This document shows positions 25,932-39,079 of a DNA stretch of 64,000 nucleotides, piece by piece. The notes under the pieces were generated by a model that did no database searches, was not told the origin of the DNA, and saw only the letters and a program-made list of their open reading frames with translations. Position 1 is the stretch's first letter. The number at the start of each line of letters is the position of its first letter. Made by a program: the position numbers and the translations under genes. The stretch comes from the human T2T-CHM13v2.0 reference genome, Homo sapiens, in NCBI RefSeq assembly GCF_009914755.1, contig NC_060927.1, one strand, 5' to 3'.

Positions 25932-28639
25932 TCAAAACATAGTTTGAAAAATACTGATTAAAAAATAAAATAAAATGAACTTTTAGTAAAGGTTCAGACA
26001 TAGTTATGCCATACTTCTTCCAGGTTTATATATTTAAAAATGACAGATCAATATCTTCTGACTCCCAGGAAGGTAATGACTCAACCATATGACACCATTT
26101 CCTTTGCTTCACTATAAGAATGACCCTTCCAGCAGTTAAATCTGTCCAAAAGTAGAAAGAGCTATGAGTTCCATGTTCATACAGAGATTAGAGAACCAAT
26201 TTTAATAGATAATTGAGGGTAATTTATGCACTGGACTGGTGGCTAACCTGAAGTACATTTCTGAGATTTGGGGCCTTAACAATCTAAGAATGCAAAGGAG
26301 ATTAAGAACCAGTGGAGATAGTTCCTAAAAAAGAATTAGATTACCATTGGGCTTTGAGTCCAGAAGGAAGGATTAATTAAGAATACTGGCTTTGGAGTTG
26401 CTAGAGTTGAAAAAGTGTTAATAATAAGTTGATCAAATCAAGAATAGTTTCTAAATCAAGGAAGAAGGCTGGAGGTTAAAATGACATTTAAGGTTTTTAA
26501 ATGCAATAATTCAATTAGCAAGTACAAAACCAAAAATACGGCTAGTAAAAAGACACAATGACCTGCAAAGCTAGCATAATGTACACTTCTGTGCTGCTGA
26601 TTACATTATAACTCCATAAGTTAAGATGTTTGATTAGTATAATAATTAAAGACTGCAAAACTGGAATTAATTGCACTTAGATACCTTGCCTAATGCCAAT
26701 ATATCCAGTAAGCTTTTTAACTATGTTGAGATTTATGAGACCAAAACTACTTTATTCACTATGCCATACTGCCTTAATGAATAGTGTTGTCTACGTCTCA
26801 AGTGATATAAATGTTGTACAAAGCAGGTCCTGTTGTTTGTTAGTTAAATAAAGTACTTCTTAATTATAATGCTGGGGAAACAATGAGTGGCTTTTAGCCT
26901 AAGACTGTGTTTCCCATGTTCTGGTAAACAATCCAGGTGATGATTTGATGATTCGGTTGTTGACAGAGGCAAAGCCACATCTGTCTTATCACTATTTTGA
27001 GACCCATTCTCCAAGCTACTAAAATGTACCTGACTTCAACGCAATCTGACTTTTATTTTTAACTTTCACATATATTTGTTATTTTGCATTCTAAAAACTG
27101 TAACATCCTTTTTCTATCTTCATCTGCCTGAAACTTACCCATTTTCTCCCCATTCTTTTCATGTCATTTGCCACAGCTGATTTGAAAGCATTCTCCTTCA
27201 TTGCCTGCCAGCTGGAACTGTCCTTCAATGTCTAACCCTTCAGATCCCTTCTTCTTTATAAAACACATTGCAGAGTATAATTAAAGTGGGTGCTGTTCTG
27301 CTGTATGTTGTCTAACATTTTACTTTGTGCCTGAGAGAGCTATTTATTTTAGCGGGTACAGAATCCTTGGGAATTGGTAGCTCCCAACGAGGGTCAGTAG
27401 GCAGCATGAAGAACAGATGACAGCCTGCAATACCTCCTTCGCATTTCTGTAAAGAGATTTGACATTTACAAAGTACTGCATGTTGCCTTTCCCCGCAAAT
27501 CTCTGAAGACTTCATGAAAATAAAAGGCTTAATGATTTAAATGATTTTAAAAGCATTTGATATGCTTTTAAAAGTGAAAGATAAGCATTCTTGATTAAAC
27601 TGAAGGATTGTAGAAATGGTGGAAACATGTATAAGAATATCCAAATGCAGGAATAATGCATATCAGAGAATCCTTGCTTAGAAATTGCAATTCCAATGAA
27701 GGACCTGAGAATTCTGTTCAGGGCAGGTCTCTGTGTCCTGAAGAATCAATATACCTCTCTCTACAGTACTCTTAAATCAGGTAGCACTGAAAGTATCTGA
27801 GAGTTCGTTGTTCTTTCATTTCTCAAATTTGAAAGCAAACTGAAATCCACCCTTACATGAGAGAAATAAACTTCCTTTAATGATAGAGAACACTTTAAAC
27901 TAAAGATTCAAATGCATCCCAAAGTTAATCGACCCTTGGGTCTTTTAAATTGCATATAAAAATCTGTCTGCATTAATAAAAAATGACTTGACTTTATTAA
28001 TAATGCTTATTTTTAACTTTCTCTTCTAAGCACACATCACCAAAAATGAAATTTTTCTGTAATATTTTCTTCATGCAGTATTTAGGAAAGTGCTCAGGTA
28101 AACTAATCTCTTTTATAGTAAATAATTTAAGTTGGGAAAAAGTTAATAAATAAAAAGTAAAATTAGCTTTCGTGACATTTTAAAGTAAAACCCAAGGACA
28201 ATTGTGATATAAATTAAGTCCCATTTATCCTTCAAGGTAATATAGAGAGCATGGAAAAGCGTCTAAAATAAGGTAGTGCTGAATTTGGTAGGACAAGGGG
28301 GAAATGACCATAAGTTCATGAGTGGGAGAAATAGCCATTTCGAAGGCATATTTATTCAGGGAGACTATTGCCAAAAAGACTTTAAGAGAAGGAATGGTGG
28401 TTCCTTGACTCTGCTTCCATTCTCTTACTCCCTGCCCTAGCTAGTCTCCATCTAAAAAACTCACTACAATTAGGGGCCAGGAAAAATTTTAAAATGTGGG
28501 CAATCTTTTAAAACTGGCTCTTGATAATAAAACCTCATAAGTCACATTTTCTATTTAAATTGTTACATTCTTTAGAATGTCATGCAATTTCTGAATTGTA
28601 ATAGAATATTGCGAAATATATCCTACAAAAAAGAAACTA

Positions 28640-29750
28640 TATAAACTAGACAAATAAATTAGAATAAAATAGAATGAACACTGCTCAATTAAGAAACAGA
28701 CTGCTGCTATACCTTAGGTGCTTTCTGTATATCCCTGTATGATTGTATCATACTCCCTCCCCTCAACATTGACCTGCTTTTCATTTTTAGTTTTATTGTG
28801 TAAAAAATATATTACGTAGCTTGTTTCTGAATTTTATGCTAGTAGACTCATGCCGTATATATTTTGTGACTTTTTTCGTGTTTTTATATTCATTCATGTT
28901 GATGCTTGTATTTGTAATTTATTTTTACTACTGTGTATCATTGAATGACATACCACAATTTTTATACATTGTATCATTAACACATATTTGGGATGTTTCC
29001 AGTTTCTAAAATCCATTTTTTCCAATCAAATTTTGTTTTGTAAGATATGTGAGCCTCTCAAAAAGCTGAATAAATAATACAATATACCCTTCACCTAAAA
29101 TAACTATGTATTTAACATTTTTATATATTTGCATATACTTACTCTCTCTTTCACCATTTAAAAGTTGTGGGATACCGAAAAACAAATGTGCTTGAAAATA
29201 AATTTGTAACTCACAGATTACCCCAAGAACTGCAATAAACCACTGTATATCTCTAGTCTCCTTTAATCTAGAAAAGTTTCTCAATCTTTTGGAACTGTCT
29301 CACAATTCTGATTTGGCTGATGGCTTCCTCATGATTACACTGTTACAAAACTTTGTTAAGAAATACTACGCAGGTGATGCTGTGTCTCATCAAGTGTATC
29401 ACATAAATAGGCACATGGTATCAGTTTATCCCCACTACTAGGGATGTTAAATATGATTATTTGATTAAAGTGGTGCCCACAAGATTTCTCTACTATAGAA
29501 TTACCTGCCCATTTCAAAACCAGTAACTAATATGAGGGCTAATAGTTGGAAACTGTATAAATATCTGGTTTCCTAATAATATCTAACCCAGTGGTTTTGG
29601 TATCCCTTGATGACTCCTGCTTTTTAAAATATTATCGTGTGTTTGTAAAATGGTAATTTTTAAATTCCTATAATTACTTTTGCATTTAGTAGTTGGCATT
29701 CTTCTGTTAAAAAAAGAGGGAATTTCTCCTTTCACCCCACCATTTTTAAA
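28640..29750 (-). mobile_element. Old L1M (L1ME/MC) 3' UTR fragments
   Basis: tactgtgtatcattgaatgacataccacaattt...catatttgggatgtttccagttt, and ggcttcctcatgatta. Boundaries are approximate. Confidence 0.5.
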
Positions 29751-29879
29751 TTTAATTGTATAATATACATATTACTCAAGATGAAGTTGTCACAACAATA
29801 AAATTTTTCTACTTAGTAGGGCAGAAGATGATCACAGAAGAAAGCCATATTTCTTAAAGGAAATGTTTAATGATTATAC

Positions 29880-30777
29880 ATGTGTATGCAACTAATAGTA
29901 TACACTCAACATATACAATCCAAAATTCACAGAACTGAAAAAGGAAATACACAAATTCACAATGACTGTGAATAACTGACACAAGCACACACAATGTAAG
30001 TAGAGATAAAGAAAGTCTGATAATACATAACAAATTTCATTTACATCACTAAATCTCATTTGACCTAATACACTAATCATTATAGAAAGTGTTATTTTGA
30101 AGTAAGCATGAGGCATTTACCAAAATTGGGCCATACACTTGCCCATAACTGAACAATCTCAAAAAAACCTCAAAAAGTGTTAAAAGACTAAAGTCATACA
30201 ACTTATGTTATCTGATCACACTGGAATTAACCCAGATAAAAATAAGATAATTAAGAAATTCACTTTTAAATAACCCATTACTCTAATAAAATTATATGTT
30301 ACAAAAAAAGAATGCTGAAAATCAGTGAGCTAAATATCCATCTCAAGCGGTTAAAAAGAGAATAGCAAAGAAGTTAAAATTATAAAAAGAAAAAAATAAA
30401 GACAAAAACTAAAATGCATGAAATAGAAATCAAAGAGAAAAGCAAAAAAGCCCAGTGTTAATTCTTTAAGTTACAATTTATATACCCCTAGCAGCACAAA
30501 AAATGCACAAAGGCTCATGCTAGAAATTAAAATGTGATACCATAAATACATGCTTTAGACATTATAAAATAATAGGAAATTATAATAATTATAAATAGGT
30601 GAAAATTTACATGAAATGGAAAAAATTACTAAAAATAAAAGTATCAAGCTTATATATAATAAAATTATAAAATATAAAAATAAGTATAAAATTATATATG
30701 TGTAGATATGTAACTATATAATAGATATAATTACATACATATTTACATATATAGTTATATACATATATATAAACTAC

Positions 30778-30811
<34 letters not shown>

Positions 30812-30970
30812 TAAATTGTATCCACAATTATAAACTAAACTCATGGCCTAGATGGTTTGAATTCTTGCATATATTCCATATATTTAAAAAGAAACAATAG
30901 ACACAACTTTTTTAGAAAATGGAAAAAGAGGACAAAATTCTCAACTCAATTTTTGAGGCCAACATTATCT
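29880..30970 (+). mobile_element. Old L1M ORF2 5'-region fragments with an embedded (TA)n/(CA)n tract at about 30690-30811
   Basis: tatgttatctgatcacactggaattaa (SDH motif region), atggcctagatggttt (PGPDGF-like) and ctcaactcaatttttgaggccaacatta. Confidence 0.65.
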
Positions 30971-30973
30971 TAA

Positions 30974-31421
30974 TGTCTTCTTTACGTCAGATTTCCTAGG
31001 AATAAAGCCTGAAATGAGCATTCTTGTTCAATAGATTTTTTGGAGAGTTCTCTCAAGAAAAAGAAGTGAAAAAATTAAGGCAGGGTAGGAGAAAATGCTA
31101 TGCAACACAGTGATCTGAGTTAAAACTTGCTTATATTTGATCCCACAGAGAAATTCTAGCACAGAAATAACACCATACAGTTAGTCTGACCTTGAGGAAA
31201 GAAGAGGTGGCCTCTGGACTTGTGTTCCTCAGTTGGTCAACGTTTGCCCAAAAGGAGGTGGGAAGGAAGTATTCTCTACCAGGCCAGTTGGCTTATTTTA
31301 GTTAAGAGCAAATATCTGGCAGCTCTTAATTGTTATCAGTCAACCACAGCAGGTGATGGATGGGTACCGACCTGTAAAGGGGACCTGAGGTTGGGGGTGC
31401 TACACCAACATATCCACTGTG
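30974..31421 (-). mobile_element. LTR33-like ERVL LTR (3' LTR)
   Basis: Matches remembered LTR33 antisense (tgtc...atttcctaggaataaagcctgaaatg...). Immediately followed by gtgcacccctt, the reverse complement of the ERVL polypurine tract aaggggtgcac. Confidence 0.65.
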
Positions 31422-33050
31422 GTGCACCCCTTGCACTGTTCAGATTCACTTGTTTTTCACATTAGATTCACTCCATACACTCAGAGCTTTTTTATTATTA
31501 TTATACTTTAAGTTTTAGGGTACATGTGCACAACGTGCAGGTTTGTTACATATGTATACATGTGCCATGTTGGTGTGCTGCACCCATTAACTCGTCATTT
31601 AACATTAGGTATATCTCCTAATGCTATCCCTCCCCCACCCCCCACCCCACAACAGGCCCCAGTGTGTGATGTTCCCCTTCCTGTGTCCAAGTGTTCTCAT
31701 TGTTCAATTCCCACCTATGAGTGAGAACATGTGGTGTTTGGTTTTTGTCCTTGTGATAGTTTGCTGAGAATGATGGTTTCCAGCTTCATCCATGTCCCTA
31801 CAAAGGACATGAACTCATCATTTTTTATGGCTGCATAGTATTCCATGGTGTATATGTGCCACATTTTCTTAATCCAGTCTATCATTGTTGGACATTTGGG
31901 TTGGTTCCAAGTCTTTGTTATTGTGAATAGTGCCGCAATAAACATACGTGTGCATGTGCCTTTATAGCAGCATGTTTTGTAGTCCTTTGGGTATATACCC
32001 AGTAATGGGATGGCTGGGTCAAATGGTATTTCCAGTTCTAGATCCCTGAGGAATCGCCACACTGACTTCCACAATGGTTGAACTAGTTTACAGTCCCACC
32101 AACAGTGTAAAAGTGTTCCTATTTCTCCACATCCTCTCTAGCACCTGTTGTTTCCTGACTTTTTAATAATCGTCATTCTAACTGGTGTGAGATGGTATCT
32201 CATTGTGGTTTTGATTTGCATTTCTCTGATGGCCAGTGATGATGAGCATTTTTTCATGTGTCTTTTGGCTGCATAAATGTCTTCTTTTGAGAAGTGTCTG
32301 TTCATATCCTTTGCCCACTTGTTGATGGGGTTGTTTGTTTGTTTCTTGTAAATTTGTTTGAGTTCTTTGTAGATTCTGGATATTAGCCCTTTGTCAGATG
32401 AGTAGATTGCAAAAATTTTCTCCCATTCTGTAGGTTGCCTGTTCACTCTGATGGTAGTTTCTTTTGCTGTGCAGGAGCTCTTTAGTTTAATTAGATCCCA
32501 TTTGTCAATTTTGGTTTTTGTTGCCATTGCTTTTGGTGTTTTAGTCATGAAGCCCTTGCCCATGCCTGTGTCCTGAATGGTATTGCCTAGGTTTTCTTCT
32601 AGGGTTTTTATGCTTTCAGGTCTAACATTTAAGTCTTTAATCCATCTTGAATTAATTTTTGTATAAGGTCTAAGGAAGGGATCCAGTTTCAGCTTTCTAC
32701 ATATGGCTAGCCAGTTTTCCCAGCACCATTTATTAAATAGGGAATCCTTTCCTCATTTCTTGTTTTTGTCAGGTTTGTCAAAGATCAGATGGTTGTTTAT
32801 ATGTGGCATTATTTCTGAGGGCTCTGTTCTGTTCCATTGGTCTTACACTCAGAGCTTCTTCAGGATTCTGGTTGGTGATAATTTCTGGATAGCTCACAAG
32901 AGAAAAGTTAGCAGGAAAAATTATAGCTCCACTGCCATATTTGGTCCTGGGGCCGTAAATGGTCATCATCTTTTTCTGCCACACATTTTAGATTTCCTTG
33001 CACGTTGGCCCCCAGCTCTGCTTACCTGGGTAGTTTGACTAGTGGATTCA
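31422..33050 (-). mobile_element. ERVL-class (ERV3-16A3_I-like) internal 3' region, split by an L1PA
   Basis: The reverse complement of about 32945-33045 aligns by eye with the internal region at about 38850-38940 of the second provirus. Confidence 0.6.
31490..32843 (-). mobile_element. 5'-truncated young L1PA (about L1PA4-6), 1.35 kb
   Basis: ORFs 32138..32563 and 31715..32074 are near-consensus ORF2 C-terminus ([12 protein letters not shown]...[18 protein letters not shown]). TSD tacactcagagctt at 31476-89 and 32844-57. Confidence 0.97.
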
Positions 33051-33068
33051 CCTAGACCAATAAGTTTT

Positions 33069-33238
33069 CAGAGGACATTTGGCAATATTTGGTTATCAAA
33101 ACTGGTGAAAGTACTCTTGCCATCTAGTAGGTCAAAGCCAGGGATGCTGCTAAACATCCCACAGTTCACAAGGCAGCTTCCCTCCACAAAGGATTATCCA
33201 GATCAAAATGTCAGTACTGCCAAGGTTGAGAAACCCTG
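33069..33238 (+). mobile_element. MER20 (hAT) fragment
   Basis: ggacatttggcaat...catctagtaggtcaaagccagggatgctgctaaacatcc...aaatgtcagtactgccaaggttgagaaaccctg. Confidence 0.88.
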
Positions 33239-33439
33239 TGTAAGAAGATTTACTGAAAATTCATATGGGTTTATAGAGTCATAACGTCTGCCTTCTGTGT
33301 GCTATGCCAGTGTCTTGGCTTTTGGGAGACAGTCAACTTTGGAAGTATTTACTCCAGACCATGCTCCCCAAATTTACTTCATTTTACTTGAAGTAAAATC
33401 TCACTGGAGAGTGAATTAGCAGAATGACTCCAAAAAATG

Positions 33440-33560
33440 GCTTTCTTACTAACTCGTTTTGTGACCTGAGGCAAGTTCCTTGAACTCTGGGCTTAGTTTT
33501 CCTTCTTTATAGGAAGAGGGAAATTATTTGATCTTCTATAGTCCTCTCAGTTCTGACCTT
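33440..33560 (+). mobile_element. MIR fragment
   Basis: MIR core: tgtgacctgaggcaagttccttgaactctgggcttagttttcctt. Confidence 0.7.
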
Positions 33561-33864
33561 CGAAGTTCTTTGTCAGGGACAAAGAACCTGAAGGAGGGAG
33601 ATTAACACTGAAAAATTGAATCAGTTATTTGCATCTTCGCCTGAATTTGTTCATCAGCTCCATTTATAAAAGACAGCTGCACAGGAGAGCAAGTAATAAT
33701 GGGAGTATGGTGAGAGGAAAGAGCATAACTGTGATAAGCTGGAAGTCAGCAGGACAGGAAAATTATGGAGGAAGGAGAAAACAATGAACTTGAAGACAAG
33801 AAGGTCTGGAAGTCAAACCACAGTTTATCTAGGGCTTCATCTAGTAACCACTACAACCACAACA

Positions 33865-34060
33865 GCAAACATTTGCACAGGGCTTTATAAACACTAGAAA
33901 CTTTAACCCTTACAGCAGCCCCATAAGGTAGGAAGGGTTGTCTTAATTATCCCCACATTATGAATATCTTGGAAGCTAAAGAAAGATGGATGCATAATAT
34001 CCTGTGTTGAATAAGAGGTGGAAGCTTTAACCCACATCTTCTGATACTAAATCCTACATA
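33865..34060 (-). mobile_element. MIR fragment
   Basis: tttaacccttacagcagccccataaggtagg...attatccccacatta...tttaacccacatcttctgatactaaatcc. Confidence 0.6.
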
Positions 34061-34763
34061 TTTTCAGAATAAAATTAGACTGAGATCTGGTGACCTTAGT
34101 CTGAGTACAGCTCTGGAGTTTCCAACTATGTGAGAGCCTGTTTCTTCATATCAACATTACTTGATTCCAATTCTGGAGAAGGATTTTTCATCTTCTCTGT
34201 ACTAATTAATTATATTCCTCTAAGCTTGAAAGGGGTGATTCACTTTTAGCATTTCTGAAAAATAAATAAATTCTTGCCAAAACACAAACATTAGTTCTGC
34301 CACATTATTCTTCAGGTCCATAGGCTATGACTTAAAACCTAAGGGAATAATGCTTATAAATTAATTCTGGCTGTGAAAGGTTCTGAAAGAATTATGTTCT
34401 CATAGAAGCCTTAGAAAACATGAGTTCCATCTCAGTATATTTGTATGACCCTTACTGTGTGCTAATTCTTAGTTATTTTTAAACTTGTTTTATACTGAGT
34501 TTCACCACACAGCAGCTTAAAGAAAGATCCTTGGAAAATATTCTGGATTTCTGTCTGCAAAGCCTTGTTAAACTCTATCACATACCTGTTGATGTTATAA
34601 ATATTATGATTTTAAATTCACCCAAACTAATGAAGATATTTGGGGACAAAGTATTTCTGAGGGTCAAATTTTTGTTGGATTCAGTGGAGATATTATATAT
34701 AATCTCATATCTGGACTGTAGAGTCAAATAAGTCTATGTTTGAATCCTGTATCAGATACTTCC

Positions 34764-35331
34764 TGTGTCCCACCTCGTATTGCTAGGGCCTCACCAATGA
34801 TTCCAGCCACAACTGCAACGAACTTTTCCAGATGGGCTTTGGCTCACTTTCCACTTATGGCATTTCCACCAAGACATGACACACATCTTTGCTTGCTTTC
34901 CCGTGACTTCTCCAATGCCAAATCATGGAGCTCCATGGGAGCTGTTACAGGATGACCCATATACAGTTACATAATATGGGGGACCTACCTCTGGGATAAT
35001 GTTCAACCAATCTGAGATGGAAGTCAGTGTATGAATACTCTTCCCCGTCCATTCTTAGATTCACAATTCTGAGAAGCATTTCATATATCTTCAGAAGATC
35101 CCAGCAGGACTGACCTCCAGTTTTTCACAATGGTGATTAACTCCACAACGTTCCTATATTGCCTTTTTGTCCTTGCCTATTAAACTCTGCCTAGTTTCTT
35201 ACATCTATTCCCTGTGATTGCCTTCCAAGTTAAACTACCTGCTCATACTTATAAGCTTTTGTTTCAGTCTCTGCTTTTATTTCTTTTGGGGGTGAGGGGA
35301 GTGAATTGGCTGGTAGAACCCATATTAAGAA
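34764..35331 (+). mobile_element. LTR16-like ERVL 5' LTR
   Basis: caaccaatctgagatggaagtcagtg...ttctgagaagcatttc...taaactacctgc...gtctctgctttt...aacccatattaaga. Confidence 0.7.
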
Positions 35332-36331
35332 AACGGATACCAGAAGTATCCTTAGAAATTAAAATTCTATGGTGAAATTCTGGACCTGAGTCACTCACCA
35401 ATTGCTGGTGACAAGTGGGATGGTGATAATACAATTCATACTGTTACCTGTGGCAGGATGGAATGATACACAGGTGAAAAGTAAACTTGGGGTAATGTGA
35501 GCTATTGAACAGAATAGGTCGTTGTGTTAATCATAAAGCAGGCTGTTAGCAGCACTAGAAACATTGAAACAAGAAAAAAGTATATCAACTCAGAGTTAGC
35601 TGTGAAAGCCATAAAGGCCTCCATTGAACGGTGCCAAGAAACCTCTTCTGCAGCCACAGGGCAACCTGTTTTTAAGATGAAATCCAGGATTTACTTTTTG
35701 TCACTTTGAAGTGATGGAACCTTCAAGGGGACTAACGTAACATGACTCCTATGCTAAAGGAGTCTTGATAGAGGAGAAATATAAACCTGGTAACTGGCAT
35801 AGGAATATTTGGGTAGACAAATCTAAGAAGGTTGAACTCTAAAATTTTATTAAATCCTTTGGTCAGGAGAAGCAAAACCATTTTTTTTTTTTTAAGGAGG
35901 ACAGCAGCCTTCCCTTGCCTGAAGCCCAAAGAACTCACCTGAGGCAAATACCTTGCAAGTTCATGTTTCTTTTTTCAGACATTCAGCACACCTCTCCTTA
36001 TTCTCATAAAGCAATAACTAGAACCAGATCTCTCCAAAGCCCAAGAAAGGAAGCACAGTTCCTACTCTGAAAAGGAATAACATATCCTCCAAAAGAATTA
36101 CAAGTTTGGGCTAATATATACAATGAATCACTGTATTCATTGAGTATTGGATTGAGGGGCAGAATATAAGGGTGGCTAAGAAGAAGTAATTTGCTTAGAA
36201 GGATTCTCCGATGACACAGGATTTAGTTTCCTATCCTAGATACTTAGAGCCAATTCGAATATACTACTAGGAAGGTCCATAAATCTTCAACATTCTGATA
36301 GTCTACAGCATTTGATGGGTTGCTTTAGAAA

Positions 36332-38215
36332 TTTTAATCAACTTTATTGAGGTAAAACTTACATACAACAAAACATACACATTTTAAGTGTATAGTTCCA
36401 TGAGTTTTGATAAATGCAGACACATATGTCCACCCTAATAGGATCCCAAAATATTTCCATTATGAACAACTATATGCCAACAAATTAGAAATTCCAATTA
36501 AAAAATGGGCAAAAGATCTGAATAGATATTTCTCAAAAGAAAGCCAACAAATGGACAGCAAGTACATTATAAAATGCTCAATATCACTAATCATCAGGGA
36601 AATGCAAACTAAAACCACAATGAGATATCATTTCACCTCAGTTACAGTGCCTATCATCAAAAAGACAAAAAAAATAACAAATGCTAGTGAGAATGCAGAG
36701 GAAGGGGAACGCTAACACACTGTTGGTTGAAATGTAAATTCGTACATTACGTTACAAAAAGCATTATGGAAATTCATCAAATAATTAAAATAGAACTCCC
36801 ATATTATCCATAGATTCCATTACTGAGTATGTATCCAAAGAAAATGAAATCTATATGCCAAAGAGATATTTGTATCCCCATGTTTATTGTGGCACTATTC
36901 ACAGTAGCCAAGAGATGGAATCAATCTAAGTGTCCATTAATGGATGGATAAAGAGAATGTGGTATATACACAAAATGGTGAAATAAGTAAAAATTTAAAA
37001 AAATAGTGAATTAAGTCAAGGACACAAAGACAAATCCTACAATATCTCACTCCTGTGTGAAATCTAAAACGTTGATCTCATACAAGTAGAGAGTAGAATT
37101 GTGGTTACCAGAGGCTGGGGCGATGAGAAGGGAGAGAGGATAGGGAGAGGCTGGTCAACAGGTACAAAGTTAGAGAGAAGGAGGAGATTTTGGTGTTTTA
37201 GTCCATAGTAGGCTGATTATAGCTAATAACAATGTATTGTATATATCAACATATTTAGAAAAGAGGATTTTGAAAGTTATCACCACAAAAAATCATAAAG
37301 GTTTGAGGTGATAGATATGCTAACTATCCTGATTTGATCATTATACATGATATATGTACTGAAACATCATACTGTACCCCATAAACATGTACAATTATGT
37401 TTCAATTATAACCAAAATATTAAAAAGTGAAAGCAAAAAAGAAACATTTTTATCACCATAAAATGTCTCCTGTGCCCTTTGCAGTAAATTATCCCCACTC
37501 TCCACCTCAGGCAACTGCTAATGTAATATCTATAGATCAGTTTTTCCTGTTCTAGAATTATCATATAAATGAAAACAGACAGTATGTACTCTCATGTGTT
37601 GGGTTTTCTCTTCTTTTCCTCAGCATAATATTTTTGAGTTTTATACATGTTATCATATATAGCAGTATTTTATGCATTTTTATTGCTGAATTATCTCATT
37701 GTTTACATATGCCACAATTTGTTTATACATTCATCTGCTGATGCACATTTCAGTTGTTTCCAGTTCTGAGCTAATATCAACAAGCTTCTAAGAACACTGC
37801 TAACAATCCTTTATGTGGATATATAATTTCACTTCTCTCTGGTAAAACACTTAAAAGTAGAATTGCTGGGATATATAGGAATGGGTGTTTAATTATCTTT
37901 TCAGAACTCATTTTCCAGCAACAATATAGGGGAGTTCCAGTTGTTTCACATCCTCAGCAACCCTTGGTATGGTTAGTCTTTTTAAATTTAAACCATTCTA
38001 ATGAATCTGAAGTAGTATCTTAGTGTAGTGTTGTTTTAACTTGTGTTTTTCTAATAACACTCTGGAAATTTGTGTTTTTCATTAACACTCTGGAGAGTTG
38101 AGAACCTTTCATCTGATTACCAGCCATTTGCGTATCTTAACTTGTGAATTCCTGAAACATTTTACCCATTTTTAAGTTGTGTTGTTCATCTTATTATTAT
38201 TAAGTTATAAAAGTC
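36332..38215 (-). mobile_element. L1ME/MC-like 3' region, split by the L1MA at 36457-37442
   Basis: actttattgaggtaaaacttacatacaacaaaa...ttttaagtgtatagttc on the left. Resumes at about 37443 (acatttttatcacc...tgccctttgcagt). Confidence 0.75.
36457..37442 (+). mobile_element. L1MA-like 3' end with a large internal deletion
   Basis: ORF 36407..36715 reads [10 protein letters not shown]|[17 protein letters not shown]...[17 protein letters not shown]1MA-type 3' UTR and A-rich tail. Confidence 0.88.
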
Positions 38216-39079
38216 TTACCCACATACCACATCACCTAGAAGTAGAATAATTAATCAAATCATGAAGTGGCCTATTAGAGGCCCAGCTATGGAATTCTCC
38301 AATTCAACCTCATGCAGGTTTGGAGAACTGTGTCCTATAGCAGTCAGTATATAAACTAAACCAATAGCCATTATACAGCCACTTATCCTCCACTATCTAA
38401 AATACTTGCTTCTGAAAACCAAAGGGTAAAAGATTGGTATTTTTCATCATCATTTCTAATGATCTCCATGAGGAATTTACATTCTCATCCCTGATACACT
38501 AGGGTTTGATGAATTAAAGGCCTTCATTTCTAGAGTAGAGAAACAAACCCACTAGAGGTGGATTCAGTAAGGGTTCCACCAAACTAATATTTTAAGTACC
38601 AGCTAGCATCAGTGACCAGATACCAACAAAATAGTTCCTATTGTTATAGGAAATTTACCCTTATTATAGGTAAAAAGAATTGTGCTTCCTTAATAGCAGC
38701 ATGTAGGACTGTATGTGTTACTGAAGAAATTCACTCAGACGCATCTTGGTGCTTTGGGGTCTGGTGATAATGGTGAATGTGCAATTGCAGCAAACTTAGC
38801 CCAACAAGTCTCAGATAACTTTAGGAGGAAGATCTGGGCTACCCTTTCAGGCAAGCAGCCTAGACTAGCTGAAGTTTTGGCTGAGGGTAAAATAATCTAG
38901 AAAGAGTGGTGGAAAGAGAAAAGATGAATTTTAACTACGGAACAGTTGCAAAACACTTGTTCCATTAACCACTGAATATTAAGTCTTTTGTAAACTGCAG
39001 TTACTCTCTACCTTGAAGACATGATGATTTAGATCTTGAAGTAAGGAACAAACAGTTTTTAGCAATAAAAGATATGAAC

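Larger units (their letters stand above)
35332..39079 (+). mobile_element. ERVL-class internal region (ERV3-16A3_I-like), degenerate, interrupted by L1s at about 36330-38215
   Basis: Starts directly after the LTR (ggataccagaagt...ttgctggtgacaagtgggatggtgataa) and ends at a decayed PPT-like stretch before the 3' LTR. No intact ORF. Confidence 0.6.

Noticed and set aside
31715-32563. ORFs of 119 and 141 aa with strong protein similarity
   Set aside because: They are L1 ORF2 C-terminal fragments of a 5'-truncated element, split by a stop codon, with no promoter, endonuclease or RT domain. Not a gene.
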